Shown one piece after another: positions 10,460 to 19,898 of a DNA stretch of 61,425 nucleotides (its first letter is position 1; every line of letters starts with the position of its first letter). Source of the stretch: an uncultured virus (IMG/VR IMGVR_UViG_2049941000_000062). Taxonomy: Duplodnaviria; Heunggongvirae; Uroviricota; Caudoviricetes. A program made the translations under genes and the position numbers. The notes beneath the pieces are model-generated. The model was not told the DNA's origin and made no database searches. It worked only from the letters and a program-made list of their open reading frames with translations. The stretch lies in the IMG/VR virus record IMGVR_UViG_2049941000_000062, one strand, 5' to 3'.

Positions 10460-10749
10460 TACTGAACCTCGTCTAGCACGTTATATCCAGCCTTTGTGAT
10501 CCAGATGCCAGGTCTACCGTCTTTAGGGGCTTGGCCGATAAGGATACGAGGAGTGCCGGTAGCATCGTAGAATACTTCTCCATAGCGTCCATTCGGCAAG
10601 CGCCCAGACTGCATAGCTGTTTTGCCACCACCTTGCTGGATAGTTTTAGAGTATGCCTCTGCATCGAGCTGGCGGAAGTTGTCGTTAACGCGCCTGATAA
10701 CACCAGGTAGCTTTGTTTTTGAGCTTAATGGGGTGAATCTGTTTGGCAT
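10459..10749 (-). CDS. Small virion protein
   Basis: Homolog at 57846..58136. Confidence 0.65.
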   Translation of the reverse strand: MPNRFTPLSSKTKLPGVIRRVNDNFRQLDAEAYSKTIQQGGGKTAMQSGRLPNGRYGEVFYDATGTPRILIGQAPKDGRPGIWITKAGYNVLDEVQ

Positions 10750-10757
10750 ATAACCTC

Positions 10758-12710
10758 CTATCTAATTCTTTGCGTTTGTACGGTCACCGTGTGGCTTCTG
10801 AACGTTACAGGCTCATATGCAGCGATATGTTGGTATCTAAGCTGGCAACGATAGAACTCGCCGTTAATCTGTGGAATCGTCGACAGTCTAGTCGGCATAG
10901 TCGGAACACCATAATTGCTTGGCTCATCCCATACATAGCTCTCTCCTACCGTTTCAAGGTTCTGCAAGTCAACAGAGAACGCATACTTTACGTTGTCGGT
11001 ATAATCTAGTGCATATCCACACTTTACAGAGTATGGCTTAACAGTTGTTGCAAACTCAGGCCTCCACTTAGGGATACGCTTGAGCTGAGAGGTCGTGCCG
11101 AAGTGTTCGTATGCTGTTTCAAGGTTAAATGCGACAGCCGAGTTAAGGTCTGAATAGTTGTTGGTTTCATCCTCGTTAATCATAATGAGGCCAATCTTCG
11201 AGTGTCCACAGAGGAAGCGGTTTGAGCTGTTCTGGCGAGCTGATGTAGCCGATACATAGCCATTCGTGTCGAATGATTCCCAACGTTGCAAGTTGATGTT
11301 ATAGACTAGACAATGGTCGTTAGGGCCGCTTACTGTGCTTGGGTAGTAAACATATAAGCGGTTGTTATAAAGGTCAAGAACAACCTTCTCTTTGTTTGGA
11401 ATAGCATCATAGACGTTCTGAATGGTGTTCTGAGTGATAGACTCCTCATCCATACCATTAAAACAGTAGATGCCTGTATCATTTGCGAAATATGCGTAGT
11501 TGAGGTCGCACACGAGCGATTCTTGGCTGAATGTGCCATTCTGAGCAGTACATTGGCTCTGATTCCATTGGTCTGCCGTCTGAGCGTACATCTGATACTT
11601 ATTTCTGCGAGTTAAGATGTAATATACACCGCCGAGGTTAAAGACTGCAGTTAGAGGGTCGCCAGTCTGAATAGCTGGGAAGTTCTGGTAGAAATCACGG
11701 TCAAACTTATCATAGCTGTTAATAGGGGTGTTGTTGTAGCTGAAGCCATATGGATAAGTCCAAACTGCTTGCGTATCTGTATCAGCATCGAAATAGAACA
11801 TATTATCAGCCGTACCGTCTAAGATGTTAGACACTTTAATGTTAAGGTCTGTGCCAGTCTTAAGGTCGGTAGTAGTGATTGCGGTATCTGCCCAAGAGTT
11901 TGCAGGGTTGAGCAAGCGAGGGCCTTCCTTCCCGTCCGCATAACGGATTTGGTTAAGGTCTTGGTTAAAGCGTACTTTCGTTACGCCTGCTGGAAGGTCA
12001 CGAATCTTAGTATTAGTATTATCTGCAGCCATACGGTAAAGAGAACCGTTGTGGACGAATAAGATTGTCTTAGTGCCATTTATGTTCGCCTCGAACACGT
12101 TTGATACGCCACCAGCGGTACAGCTTGAAACCGTACAGCCAAGCACACCAGATACGGTCTGGACTACATATGTAGACTCTCTGCTCTCTTGTGTTCCTAG
12201 CTTAATGGTGTATGTGTTGCCACTCGATAAGGTTGGTGCGTCCATAAACACGGCTTCAATGGTCTGGTAGTTGGTCGTGATTGTGCTAGGGTCGATAAAC
12301 GCTTCAGAGATTAAGTCATCGCCACGATAAAGGCCAATGCTAGGTACTGCATAAACATCGAGAGGAGATTTCTTGATGTTGATTTTAGCCGAGAAAAGAG
12401 TCGCATTTGAGCCGGCAAAAGTATAAGGCTGGACATCTGCAATAGGAGTGTCGGTAGATGCGCTAGAAAGGTTGGTAGATAGGTTCGCATAACCAATAGG
12501 GTTGCCTAGCCTCTTATATCCTCTGCGTGTCTTATATTCACCGATACGGTCAAAGCGTGCATCCTGAGCAAGTCTAAGCTCGGAGTTCTTCATAGTGTCG
12601 TTTGGCTTATAGGTAGAGATACCGTCTGCGAAGTTCGTTGTGGATGGCGAAGATTTACCGGTAGAGATATTTGGAATAGTTTTGATTCTTGTAAACCTTG
12701 ACTGTACCAT
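10758..12710 (-). CDS. Putative tail nozzle/stabilisation protein (podovirus tubular protein B-like)
   Basis: 650 aa, beta-rich, follows the adaptor; homolog at 58145..60307. Confidence 0.65.
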   Translation of the reverse strand: MVQSRFTRIKTIPNISTGKSSPSTTNFADGISTYKPNDTMKNSELRLAQDARFDRIGEYKTRRGYKRLGNPIGYANLSTNLSSASTDTPIADVQPYTFAGSNATLFSAKINIKKSPLDVYAVPSIGLYRGDDLISEAFIDPSTITTNYQTIEAVFMDAPTLSSGNTYTIKLGTQESRESTYVVQTVSGVLGCTVSSCTAGGVSNVFEANINGTKTILFVHNGSLYRMAADNTNTKIRDLPAGVTKVRFNQDLNQIRYADGKEGPRLLNPANSWADTAITTTDLKTGTDLNIKVSNILDGTADNMFYFDADTDTQAVWTYPYGFSYNNTPINSYDKFDRDFYQNFPAIQTGDPLTAVFNLGGVYYILTRRNKYQMYAQTADQWNQSQCTAQNGTFSQESLVCDLNYAYFANDTGIYCFNGMDEESITQNTIQNVYDAIPNKEKVVLDLYNNRLYVYYPSTVSGPNDHCLVYNINLQRWESFDTNGYVSATSARQNSSNRFLCGHSKIGLIMINEDETNNYSDLNSAVAFNLETAYEHFGTTSQLKRIPKWRPEFATTVKPYSVKCGYALDYTDNVKYAFSVDLQNLETVGESYVWDEPSNYGVPTMPTRLSTIPQINGEFYRCQLRYQHIAAYEPVTFRSHTVTVQTQRIR

Positions 12711-12713
12711 AGT

Positions 12714-13066
12714 TTATACCTCGTTAATTCTAATATTGAATGGTGCTTTCATACGGTTGCCACCGTCAAACTGTCGTGGGCCATAACGCATAGCCATATT
12801 CGTGATAAGTTCTGCCTTCTGGTTGTCGTAGATTTGTGCGAAGTCGTAGTTGCCACGGCGACGTTCTGCACGTGCAAGAGCGCCGTAGATAAGAATCTCG
12901 CCATACTCGCTAGGGATAAGTGGTACGTCTGTTGGGTTAGACAACTTCATAGGTTTAGCAAGATAATAGATCTTCATAGTGTAGTAGTTGTCTGGAACGT
13001 CGTCGTTCTGGTCGCAGTTGAACTCGTCTGGTAAGTGGAAGTGGATAGTATTCCCGATGATTGTAT
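12714..13066 (-). CDS. Head-tail adaptor C-terminal fragment
   Basis: Matches C-terminus of 60311..60976. Confidence 0.7.
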
Positions 13067-13101
13067 ATTAGATGCGACACCTGAGCCGATANNNNNNNNN
13101 N

Positions 13102-14146
13102 GAGTGTGTATGGGGTTACAACGTCTTGAATTTCGTTGTTACCACCGAAACGGTCGCCAGTTTCTGAGCGGTTGTAGTTGTGAGTTGCAACAGTTGTTAC
13201 TGTGTAAACGTTAATGGTCTTTCATTTAATTGTGTTAGCTATATGTTGCCATATAGATCAGACTATATCTTCACCTGTCTAGTACAGGGTTCGCCATTTC
13301 GAGCTATTTAAGCCCTACCTTCTCTGAAGTAGTCGTTGAGCCTTCTACATAAGTCCAATGGTATCCGTAAGCTCTGCAGCCTTTGTAGCAAGACTGTCTG
13401 ATACCTTTTGATACTGTCCTATAATTGGTCGTCTTCTTGGTTAATCTTTTCTCGATTATCCAAGCGGCCACGTTATAAGACGAATCGAACACCCTTCCAG
13501 TTTCTTTGCAGAGTATCTTGTATCTGCAACGGTCGCCTTCGGTATGGTGTGCCTCTCTCCAGTCTGTATTTTGCTGTTGAGTACACCACCTAAGATTTTC
13601 CGGTCTATTATCATATCGTATGCAATTTATATGGTCTATCTGTGGTAGGTTGTCTGGGTTTGGTAGGAACGCTTTTGCAACTAGCCTGTGGACTTTATAA
13701 GTCCTAGTCTTGTTGTCTTTGCTTAGCGTTACTACTGGATAGCCTGACTTGTCTAACTCAGATTTTAATATCTTGCCAGTTCTTATGAGCTTGTATGTTG
13801 TGTTTCTAGGGTGTGGGATATATCGTGTTACCGACCTTATCCTTCCCATAGAGCTTGCCTCATAATAACCTTGATAATCTGGAATAGGTTTCCATAGTTC
13901 CATTTACATATTCTCCATTTAAGTGAATAACTGATTTATGTAGCTTGGTTGCTGATTGTCCCTGAGGGAGTTTCCAGCAGTTAAGCGAATTTTAACGAGC
14001 ATATTTCTATACAGGGGCGCTCAGAACTTGCGTTTAACGCCGTCAAAGTCGTAGTTTTGGTTAACTGCACGATCGGTGTAAGAACCTTTTGCGAAAAGCT
14101 GATCCAACTTATCAGCATATTTTGAAGCAAGGTTAATTCCTGCCAT
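13102..14146 (-). CDS. Major capsid protein 5' part, split by a group I intron (exons 14146..14037 and 13222..13102)
   Basis: Splicing gives YDFDGVKTINVYTVTT, matching the intronless allele at 16555..16785. Confidence 0.85.
13223..14036 (-). mobile_element. Group I intron in the major capsid gene
   Basis: 5' exon ends in U (GGCGU pairs with IGS GCGCC); terminal G; P AACTGCTGGAAA, Q AATCAGCA, R TCAACGACTA, S AAGATATAGTCT. Confidence 0.9.
13304..13903 (-). CDS. NUMOD4-HNH homing endonuclease (intron-encoded)
   Basis: WKPIPDYQGYYEASSMGRIRS (NUMOD4); VHRLVAKAF...IDHIN...DNRPENL (HNH). Confidence 0.9.
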   Translation of the reverse strand: MELWKPIPDYQGYYEASSMGRIRSVTRYIPHPRNTTYKLIRTGKILKSELDKSGYPVVTLSKDNKTRTYKVHRLVAKAFLPNPDNLPQIDHINCIRYDNRPENLRWCTQQQNTDWREAHHTEGDRCRYKILCKETGRVFDSSYNVAAWIIEKRLTKKTTNYRTVSKGIRQSCYKGCRAYGYHWTYVEGSTTTSEKVGLK

Positions 14147-14322
14147 AAAGGTTTGTACTCCTNNNNNNNNNNGCGAGTCTTGATGATTTGCTTTGCACCG
14201 AGAAGTGCATCTTTGTGCCAGATAACACACTTGGTGTTTGCTGGGAAGTAAGATGCAGGAACAACGATGATGTTGACACCGTCGAGTTCGCCTACGAAAC
14301 CACGTGGGAGAANNNNNNNNNN

Positions 14323-14832
14323 GTCAACGAGTTCTGAGTCGGTGATGATACGAGTCTTCATAATTTGCTTTGCACCTAAGAGAGCGTCTTTGTGCCAGAG
14401 AACACACTTAGTGTTTGCTGGGAAGTAGCTCTGTGGGGTAACGATGATGTTGACACCGTCAAGTTCGCCAACGAAGCCACGAGGGAGAAGCTTGTCGTTG
14501 TAAGCGTTTGCGTTTACAGTTGAAACGATTTTGCTCTTGATAGCAACATACATTTGTGGGGTAACGAATGCGAAACGGTTGCTTGTTGGAGCTTTAGCTT
14601 CATCAAGGTAAGCGTTTGCTTTCATAAAGTCTTCGTAGACGTTTGAACCTGCAGAAACAGCTTGTGAAACTGCGGTAGCACCAGCAGCACCAGCTGCGAT
14701 ACGGTTAGCGTCGATTTCTGGGATAACTTGTTCGTCCATTTCAGCACGGAGAACTTCACCAGCTTTCTTAGCGAGAGCCTGTTGTTCGTAGTTGCCACGG
14801 TCGATAGTAAGTTTGAAACACTTATCGTTGTT
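14323..14832 (-). CDS. Major capsid protein central fragment
   Basis: Near-identical to 15357..15872; position downstream of scaffold gene. Confidence 0.75.
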
Positions 14833-14845
14833 NNNNNNNNNNTAC

Positions 14846-14971
14846 TTCTCCGAATGTTTCAAAATAAGTTTCGTTGATATAGCGAATGATACGGTTGTCG
14901 TCGTAAGACTGGTCTTGAAGCTCGTCCTTAACGTCAGCTACAAGAGTTGATAAGTTATAATCAGCGTCCAT
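14846..14971 (-). CDS. Head-tail adaptor N-terminal fragment
   Basis: MDADYNLSTLV, as in 60311..60976. Confidence 0.7.
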
Positions 14972-14982
14972 TTATTACCAGA

Positions 14983-15011
14983 CGCATCGCCATTACTTAT
15001 ATTATAACACA
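14983..15011 (-). promoter_or_regulatory. Extended -10 promoter plus UGGCGAUGCG leader motif (adaptor operon)
   Basis: TGTGTTATAAT-8nt-TGGCGATGCG-11nt-ATG. Confidence 0.75.
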
Positions 15012-15066
15012 AAAAAGAGGAGCTGGTTAACCACGCCAGCTCCGAGGAGTATATTTGAGATATACA
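15010..15066 (-). ncRNA. Candidate ~55-nt sRNA
   Basis: Own TGTGGTATAAT promoter (15072..15082); terminator GGAGCTGG/CCAGCTCC + U-tract; no ORF. Confidence 0.5.
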
Positions 15067-15081
15067 TCTATATTATACCAC

Positions 15082-15276
15082 AAAAAACCACCATTTAAGG
15101 TGGCTTCTTCGTTATCAAACACTTCGTCTCGCAATAGGTGCATATCTGCACCACTTAGACCTTAAATCGCAGGCTGCTTGACAACTATGGTGTGGAGTCG
15201 AACCACTTAGACTCTATTTTGTCTAGCCCGATTAGTTGCTAGTATAGAGCTAACGCCCAGCCTTACGGCCAACCAT
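15082..15276 (-). ncRNA. Candidate ~190-nt ncRNA with T-arm-like GTGGTTCGACTCCAC
   Basis: Own promoter (15283..15293) and terminator; 3' part conserved at 61332..61425. Confidence 0.6.
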
Positions 15277-15292
15277 TACTTATATTATAACA

Positions 15293-15326
15293 CAAAAAAG
15301 GCTCTCAGGTTAGAGCCGAGAGCCTT
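15293..15326 (-). terminator. Intrinsic terminator of capsid operon
   Basis: AAGGCTCTC...GAGAGCCTT followed by U-tract on the minus strand. Confidence 0.75.
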
Positions 15327-15356
15327 AATTGTTCTAGGTGGTTGTCCTATCTATAA

Positions 15357-15872
15357 TTAGCCCGAAATGGTGCTTGAAGTGATAGAAGCAACAGCTTTCT
15401 TCTTGCCGTTAAGAACGAATGAATCGTAGATAAAGCGGCCTGTGAGGACTGAACCATCGACCAATTCAGAATCGGTAATGATACGAGTCTTCATAATTTG
15501 CTTTGCACCGAGAAGTGCATCTTTGTGCCACATAACACACTTAGTGTTTGCTGGGAAGTAAGATGCTGGGGTAACGATGATGTTGACACCGTCGAGTTCG
15601 CCTACGAAACCACGTGGGAGAAGTTTGTCGTTGTAAGCATTTGCGTTTACAGTTGAAACGATTTTGCTCTTGATAGCGACATACATTTGTGGGGTAACGA
15701 ATGCGAAGCGGTTAGCAACTGGAGCTTTAGCTTCATCGAGGTAAGCAACAGCTTTCATAAAGTCTTCGTAGACGTTAGAACCAGCAGCAACAGCTTGTGA
15801 AACTGCGGTAGCACCAGCAGCGCCAGCTGCGATACGGTTAGCGTCGATTTCTGGGATAACTTGTTCGTCCAT
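15357..15872 (-). CDS. Major capsid protein C-terminal fragment
   Basis: RGFVGELDGVNII..., YDSFVL, typical of the P22-coat/N4-gp56-like group; capsid position. Confidence 0.75.
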   Translation of the reverse strand: MDEQVIPEIDANRIAAGAAGATAVSQAVAAGSNVYEDFMKAVAYLDEAKAPVANRFAFVTPQMYVAIKSKIVSTVNANAYNDKLLPRGFVGELDGVNIIVTPASYFPANTKCVMWHKDALLGAKQIMKTRIITDSELVDGSVLTGRFIYDSFVLNGKKKAVASITSSTISG

Positions 15873-15894
15873 NNNNNNNNNNATGGTTAAACAG

Positions 15895-16544
15895 CTAAAG
15901 TCCGAGTCCACTCAAGAATGGGTCGTCTTCTGCTGGTTTGTCGAACTGCGTAGAATCGGTAGAACCTTGTTTGGTTGATTTTGCAGCTTGACGTGCAGAC
16001 ATCTCTTTGCGAACTTCATTACGGAGTTCGTCTGTAAGGATTTGGCGCTTTTCCTCTACTTCTGGTTTGGTATTGCCGCCTACGATAGAGAGTACGTCGT
16101 TAAGGGTCAAAAGACCATTTGCGACTTGGAGTCCTCTAACCAATGGCCTTCCGTCAACCATCATAGGTTTTCCGTCTTGCCCGATAATTGGTTGGTTCAT
16201 CCACTCAATCATTTTCTGCTCAGTTTCAGGAGTGATTTGCTTCTCGTTCTTCCATCTCTCGGTTTCCATTTGCACCTTATAAGCGTGAAACTCTTGCAAT
16301 GCCTGTTGGCCTGCATCGGTTGCCATCAGAGGTTGAGCCGAGTTAGCTAATTCTCTCTCCAACTTTGCTTTCTCTTGCGACTTTTGGTAAAAGCCCTTTT
16401 CAGCGTTCTGATACATATCAGCAAGTTTTCTGACATCTTCAGGCTTGCTTATATCTATTCCTTTTTTCGCCAAGAACTCATCTATTGCATCGCCAGTTTG
16501 TGCTTCTTCTTGATTTTCTTCAGTAGAAACCTCTGTCGATTCAC
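15895..16544 (-). CDS. Scaffold protein allele 2 (partial)
   Basis: Homologous to 16837..17625; ORF track falsely fuses it with MCP across a gap. Confidence 0.7.
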
Positions 16545-16554
16545 NNNNNNNNNN

Positions 16555-16785
16555 AAGTGTGTATGGGGTAACGACATCTTGAATTTCGTTGTTACCACCG
16601 AAACGGTCGCCAGTTTCTGTGCGATCGTAGTTATGAGTTGCAACAGTTGTTACTGTGTAAACGTTAACGGTCTTAACGCCATCGAAGTCATAGTTTTGGT
16701 TGACTGCACGATCGGTGTAAGAACCTTTTGCGAAAAGCTGGTCTAACTTGCCAGCATATTTTGAAGCAAGGTTAATTCCTGCCAT
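16555..16785 (-). CDS. Major capsid protein N-terminus, intronless allele
   Basis: MAGINLASKY...; SD AAGGAG. Confidence 0.8.
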
Positions 16786-16836
16786 AAAGGTTTGTACTCC
16801 TTATAGAATTGTTAAAGTTGTCTAGTAGTTAAACAG

Positions 16837-17625
16837 CTAGAAACCGAGTCCTTCTAGGAAAGAGTCGTTATCAGCTGGTTTGTCGAACTGCGTAGAATCG
16901 GTAGAACCTTGTTTGGTTGATTTAGCAGCTTGACGTGCAGACATTTCTTTACGAACTTCTGAACGGAGTTCTTCTGTAAGGTTTTGCTTCTTATCAGCTA
17001 ACTCTGTGTTGACGTTGCCGCCGACAATGTTATAGACCTCATCAAGAGAGATTTGGCCGTTAGCGTACATATAACCCTTAACGATAGGGTTGCCGTTTGC
17101 GTCCCTAGCTACTTGACCGTTAATAACGATAGGCTGACTAAACCAGTCCATCATTTTTTGTTCGGTTTCTGGAGATAGCTTCTTCTCTAGCTTCCATTTC
17201 TCTACGTCCATTTGGGTTTTCAATGCTCTGACTTCTGATAAAGCCTGCATATCTGGCGTACTCTGTGCTGGCTGAGCGTTTGCTAACTCACGTTCGAGCT
17301 TTGCCTTCTCTTGTGATTTCTGATAGAAACCTTTTTCAGCATTTTGATACATATCAGCAAGTTTTCTGACATCTTCAGGCTTGCTGGGATCTATCCCTTT
17401 TTTCGCCAAGAACTCGTCTATTGCATCGCCAGTTTGTGTTTCTTCTTGTTTTTCTTCTTCAGTAGAAACCTCTGTCGATTCGCTAGGTTGTTCTTCGCTA
17501 GCTGTTTGTTCTTCGTTGGTTACCTCTACTGCTGGGCTGCCACTATCTTCACTTTGCTCTGCTTCTTGATCGGCGAAGTCAGAGGGATCGAATAGGACTT
17601 CCTCATTTACAGTTTGTTCGTCCAT
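16837..17625 (-). CDS. Putative capsid scaffold protein
   Basis: Acidic N-terminus, coiled coil, lies between portal and MCP. Confidence 0.7.
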   Translation of the reverse strand: MDEQTVNEEVLFDPSDFADQEAEQSEDSGSPAVEVTNEEQTASEEQPSESTEVSTEEEKQEETQTGDAIDEFLAKKGIDPSKPEDVRKLADMYQNAEKGFYQKSQEKAKLERELANAQPAQSTPDMQALSEVRALKTQMDVEKWKLEKKLSPETEQKMMDWFSQPIVINGQVARDANGNPIVKGYMYANGQISLDEVYNIVGGNVNTELADKKQNLTEELRSEVRKEMSARQAAKSTKQGSTDSTQFDKPADNDSFLEGLGF

Positions 17626-17644
17626 AGAACTCTCCTTATTGTTA

Positions 17645-17775
17645 ATATCTGCATACGGAACCTCTCGATTCCGTCAGCCCAGCTTATCTCACATTTGGCG
17701 ATGCGTGCGGGCCTTCCCGCATTTAGTTATTATTAGCTTTTTAATAATTCAACTTGATAAGCTGGCTTGACGGTT
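17645..17775 (-). ncRNA. Structured RNA upstream of scaffold with unpaired CGCAUCGCCA (anti-leader)
   Basis: Stem 17671..17688/17756..17773 encloses two hairpins and single-stranded 17689..17705. Confidence 0.7.
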
Positions 17776-17801
17776 GCTATTAGAGGACTATTTCGGACGG
17801 A

Positions 17802-18074
17802 CTACTGCTCTCCTTTCTTCTTGTGCGCTTTAACTTCAACGTTGATACTGTCAATAAAGTCGATAACACTCTTGATACCGCTTGCACGGCCTACATTAGC
17901 TGCGATTTGCTCGTTAGGGCATTGGAGCTTGAGATATACGCTCTCGGCCGTTTCAAGGGCTTCTAAGCGCATATCTTTGATAAGCTTCAAGAATAACTCG
18001 CCACCTTCGGACTCGAAGAAGAAGCTATACATTTTCTTCTTATCTTCGTATGATAGTGGTTCGTTAAGCTCCAT
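17802..18074 (-). CDS. Small protein downstream of portal
   Basis: FFESEGGELFL; homolog fragment at 21812..21956. Confidence 0.7.
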   Translation of the reverse strand: MELNEPLSYEDKKKMYSFFFESEGGELFLKLIKDMRLEALETAESVYLKLQCPNEQIAANVGRASGIKSVIDFIDSINVEVKAHKKKGEQ

Positions 18075-19884
18075 AAGCCTCCTCTAAGCTTGGCTGTTCT
18101 TCTACCATAGGTTGTTCTGGCATAGTCATTTCAGTCTTTACTTCTTCGGTCTGAGCTGGGAGCATTTGTTGAGTTGGAGCGATAATCTCTTGTAGTTCTT
18201 CGTGGTTAATGTCAGGGAGAACCTTAGGTAAGATATACTCTTTAATCTTCGTGAGGTCGTTTGTAGGGTCTGCGATAAGCATTTGATAAGCTTGCATATA
18301 CATCTCACGTTTCTCTGCGTCTTCGAGCTTCTTCATAACGTCAAGCGTTACCATAGGTGTATATTCGCCGAGGAAGCGATCCATATCAACTTGCTCGAAC
18401 TTAACACCTGCGTCTGTGATATTGCGGACATAAAGGTCTTTTCCACCGTAAAGTTGCAAGAGCTTGAATACGATGTTAGCTTCTTGGAAGAAGAAACCGT
18501 TTGCGAGGTTCTGTGCTATATCTTCGATTCTAAGGTCGCTCTGACCGAGCATAGCCTTGATTTCGGTAGCAGTTGTAGTATCTGTAGCAGTAACACCCTT
18601 AGAGATCTGTGAAACAGATGAAACCTCACGGATCTCGTCTTTGATATTCATACGCTCGGTAAAGAGTGCTGTTGGAATTGCTGGAGGTGTGTTCCAGGTC
18701 ATAGCACCAGCAGGGAGAGGGTAGACTTTGCCCGGAGCTTGGCCGAGTTGGTCGATATAGGTAGCATACTTTGGATCTACGGTCTTTTCTGGATAAACGG
18801 CGATGAGTTGAGCTTCTACATATATCTCCGTGATAGTGTTTAGGAGTTCCTGCTGGTCTGCAATAATATCTACATCGCCTGTGCCATACGGGAGCGAGAT
18901 GTCTTTATATTCGCAGTCGTGTGCGAATGGGAATAGTCCGGCGCTTAATGGGTCGAACTCCTCAGGGAACTCGCCTATATCTTCGCCAGTAAGCTCAAAT
19001 TGGTTGATACGGTTGATTTCCCACTCTCTCTTGCGAATCTCGAACTTCGATTTCTCCATAGCATAGTGTGGGTTCTCTTTTTCTTCGATAATCTGTGAGC
19101 GGTTAGCGATAACGACTACTTTCTTACGAGTCCAGATTTCGATAAGCTCTACTGAGTTCTTATCTTTCTTAGCGATAGAGCCGATAACTTCTTCTTTCTT
19201 CGCCTTGTCTGTTTCGTTGTCGTCTGTCTGTGAACCGATTTTGTCTAGGTTCTTGTAGCGTGGAACATAACGCTCTTTTTCGAAGTCGTAGATTTTTTCT
19301 TCTTTAAGGTCTTTAAGGTTAGCGAAGATTCTACGGCCGACATAGTGCCAGCTCTCTGGATCACGAGCGTTAGGGTCGATAATCATATCACGGATAGGAA
19401 CTATCTCTTTGTGGACGTATCCACCGTTCTTATCTTGTATCCAAGTATAATAAGCACAGAAGTTGCCTGTGATAAGCCCTTGACGGCCCATATCCTTGTT
19501 TTTGCCTACCCAGTTGTCTTTACGAGCGAAGTCTTGATAGACCTCGTTTAAGACTGCCGTGTCTGCGTCCTGGTCTTTGTTGTTTGGGATATAGTTTACT
19601 TCTGGTGGACGGTTAAAAAGAGCCGCAACTTTGGTGTTAACCATAGAGTTAGTCATAGGCACAAAAGCCTCAACCTTCCCAGGGTGGTCTACCTTAGTTC
19701 TGCGGTTGTTGTATAATTTCCAGTTTCTTTCCCACCTTTGGTGGTAGTTTTCTTTAGCGTAGTCCCACGAGTTGTTGAACCACTTAAGATATTTCTGAAG
19801 TTTATTTGCTTCAGCCTGCGATTTCTTTGATGTATAATTTGCGTCTGCCAAGTTGTTGCCAAACGCATCGCCAACTACCACCAT
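18064..19884 (-). CDS. Portal protein allele 1 (probable start TTG at 19851)
   Basis: ~600 aa after TerL; TATEI motif of podovirus portals. Confidence 0.85.
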   Translation of the reverse strand: MVVVGDAFGNNLADANYTSKKSQAEANKLQKYLKWFNNSWDYAKENYHQRWERNWKLYNNRRTKVDHPGKVEAFVPMTNSMVNTKVAALFNRPPEVNYIPNNKDQDADTAVLNEVYQDFARKDNWVGKNKDMGRQGLITGNFCAYYTWIQDKNGGYVHKEIVPIRDMIIDPNARDPESWHYVGRRIFANLKDLKEEKIYDFEKERYVPRYKNLDKIGSQTDDNETDKAKKEEVIGSIAKKDKNSVELIEIWTRKKVVVIANRSQIIEEKENPHYAMEKSKFEIRKREWEINRINQFELTGEDIGEFPEEFDPLSAGLFPFAHDCEYKDISLPYGTGDVDIIADQQELLNTITEIYVEAQLIAVYPEKTVDPKYATYIDQLGQAPGKVYPLPAGAMTWNTPPAIPTALFTERMNIKDEIREVSSVSQISKGVTATDTTTATEIKAMLGQSDLRIEDIAQNLANGFFFQEANIVFKLLQLYGGKDLYVRNITDAGVKFEQVDMDRFLGEYTPMVTLDVMKKLEDAEKREMYMQAYQMLIADPTNDLTKIKEYILPKVLPDINHEELQEIIAPTQQMLPAQTEEVKTEMTMPEQPMVEEQPSLEEAYGA

Positions 19885-19898
19885 TATAACATATTTTC

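Noticed and set aside
13067..13091. 23-nt match to 54802..54824 abutting the adaptor gene
   Set aside because: At a contig end beside a gap; likely chimeric read or assembly tip
14173..15872. Repeated MCP and fibre segments as DGR template/variable repeats or a shufflon
   Set aside because: Differences are mostly synonymous and not adenine-specific; no reverse transcriptase or invertase seen; all bounded by gaps
15895..16785. MCP-scaffold fusion ORF
   Set aside because: Artefact of reading through a gap
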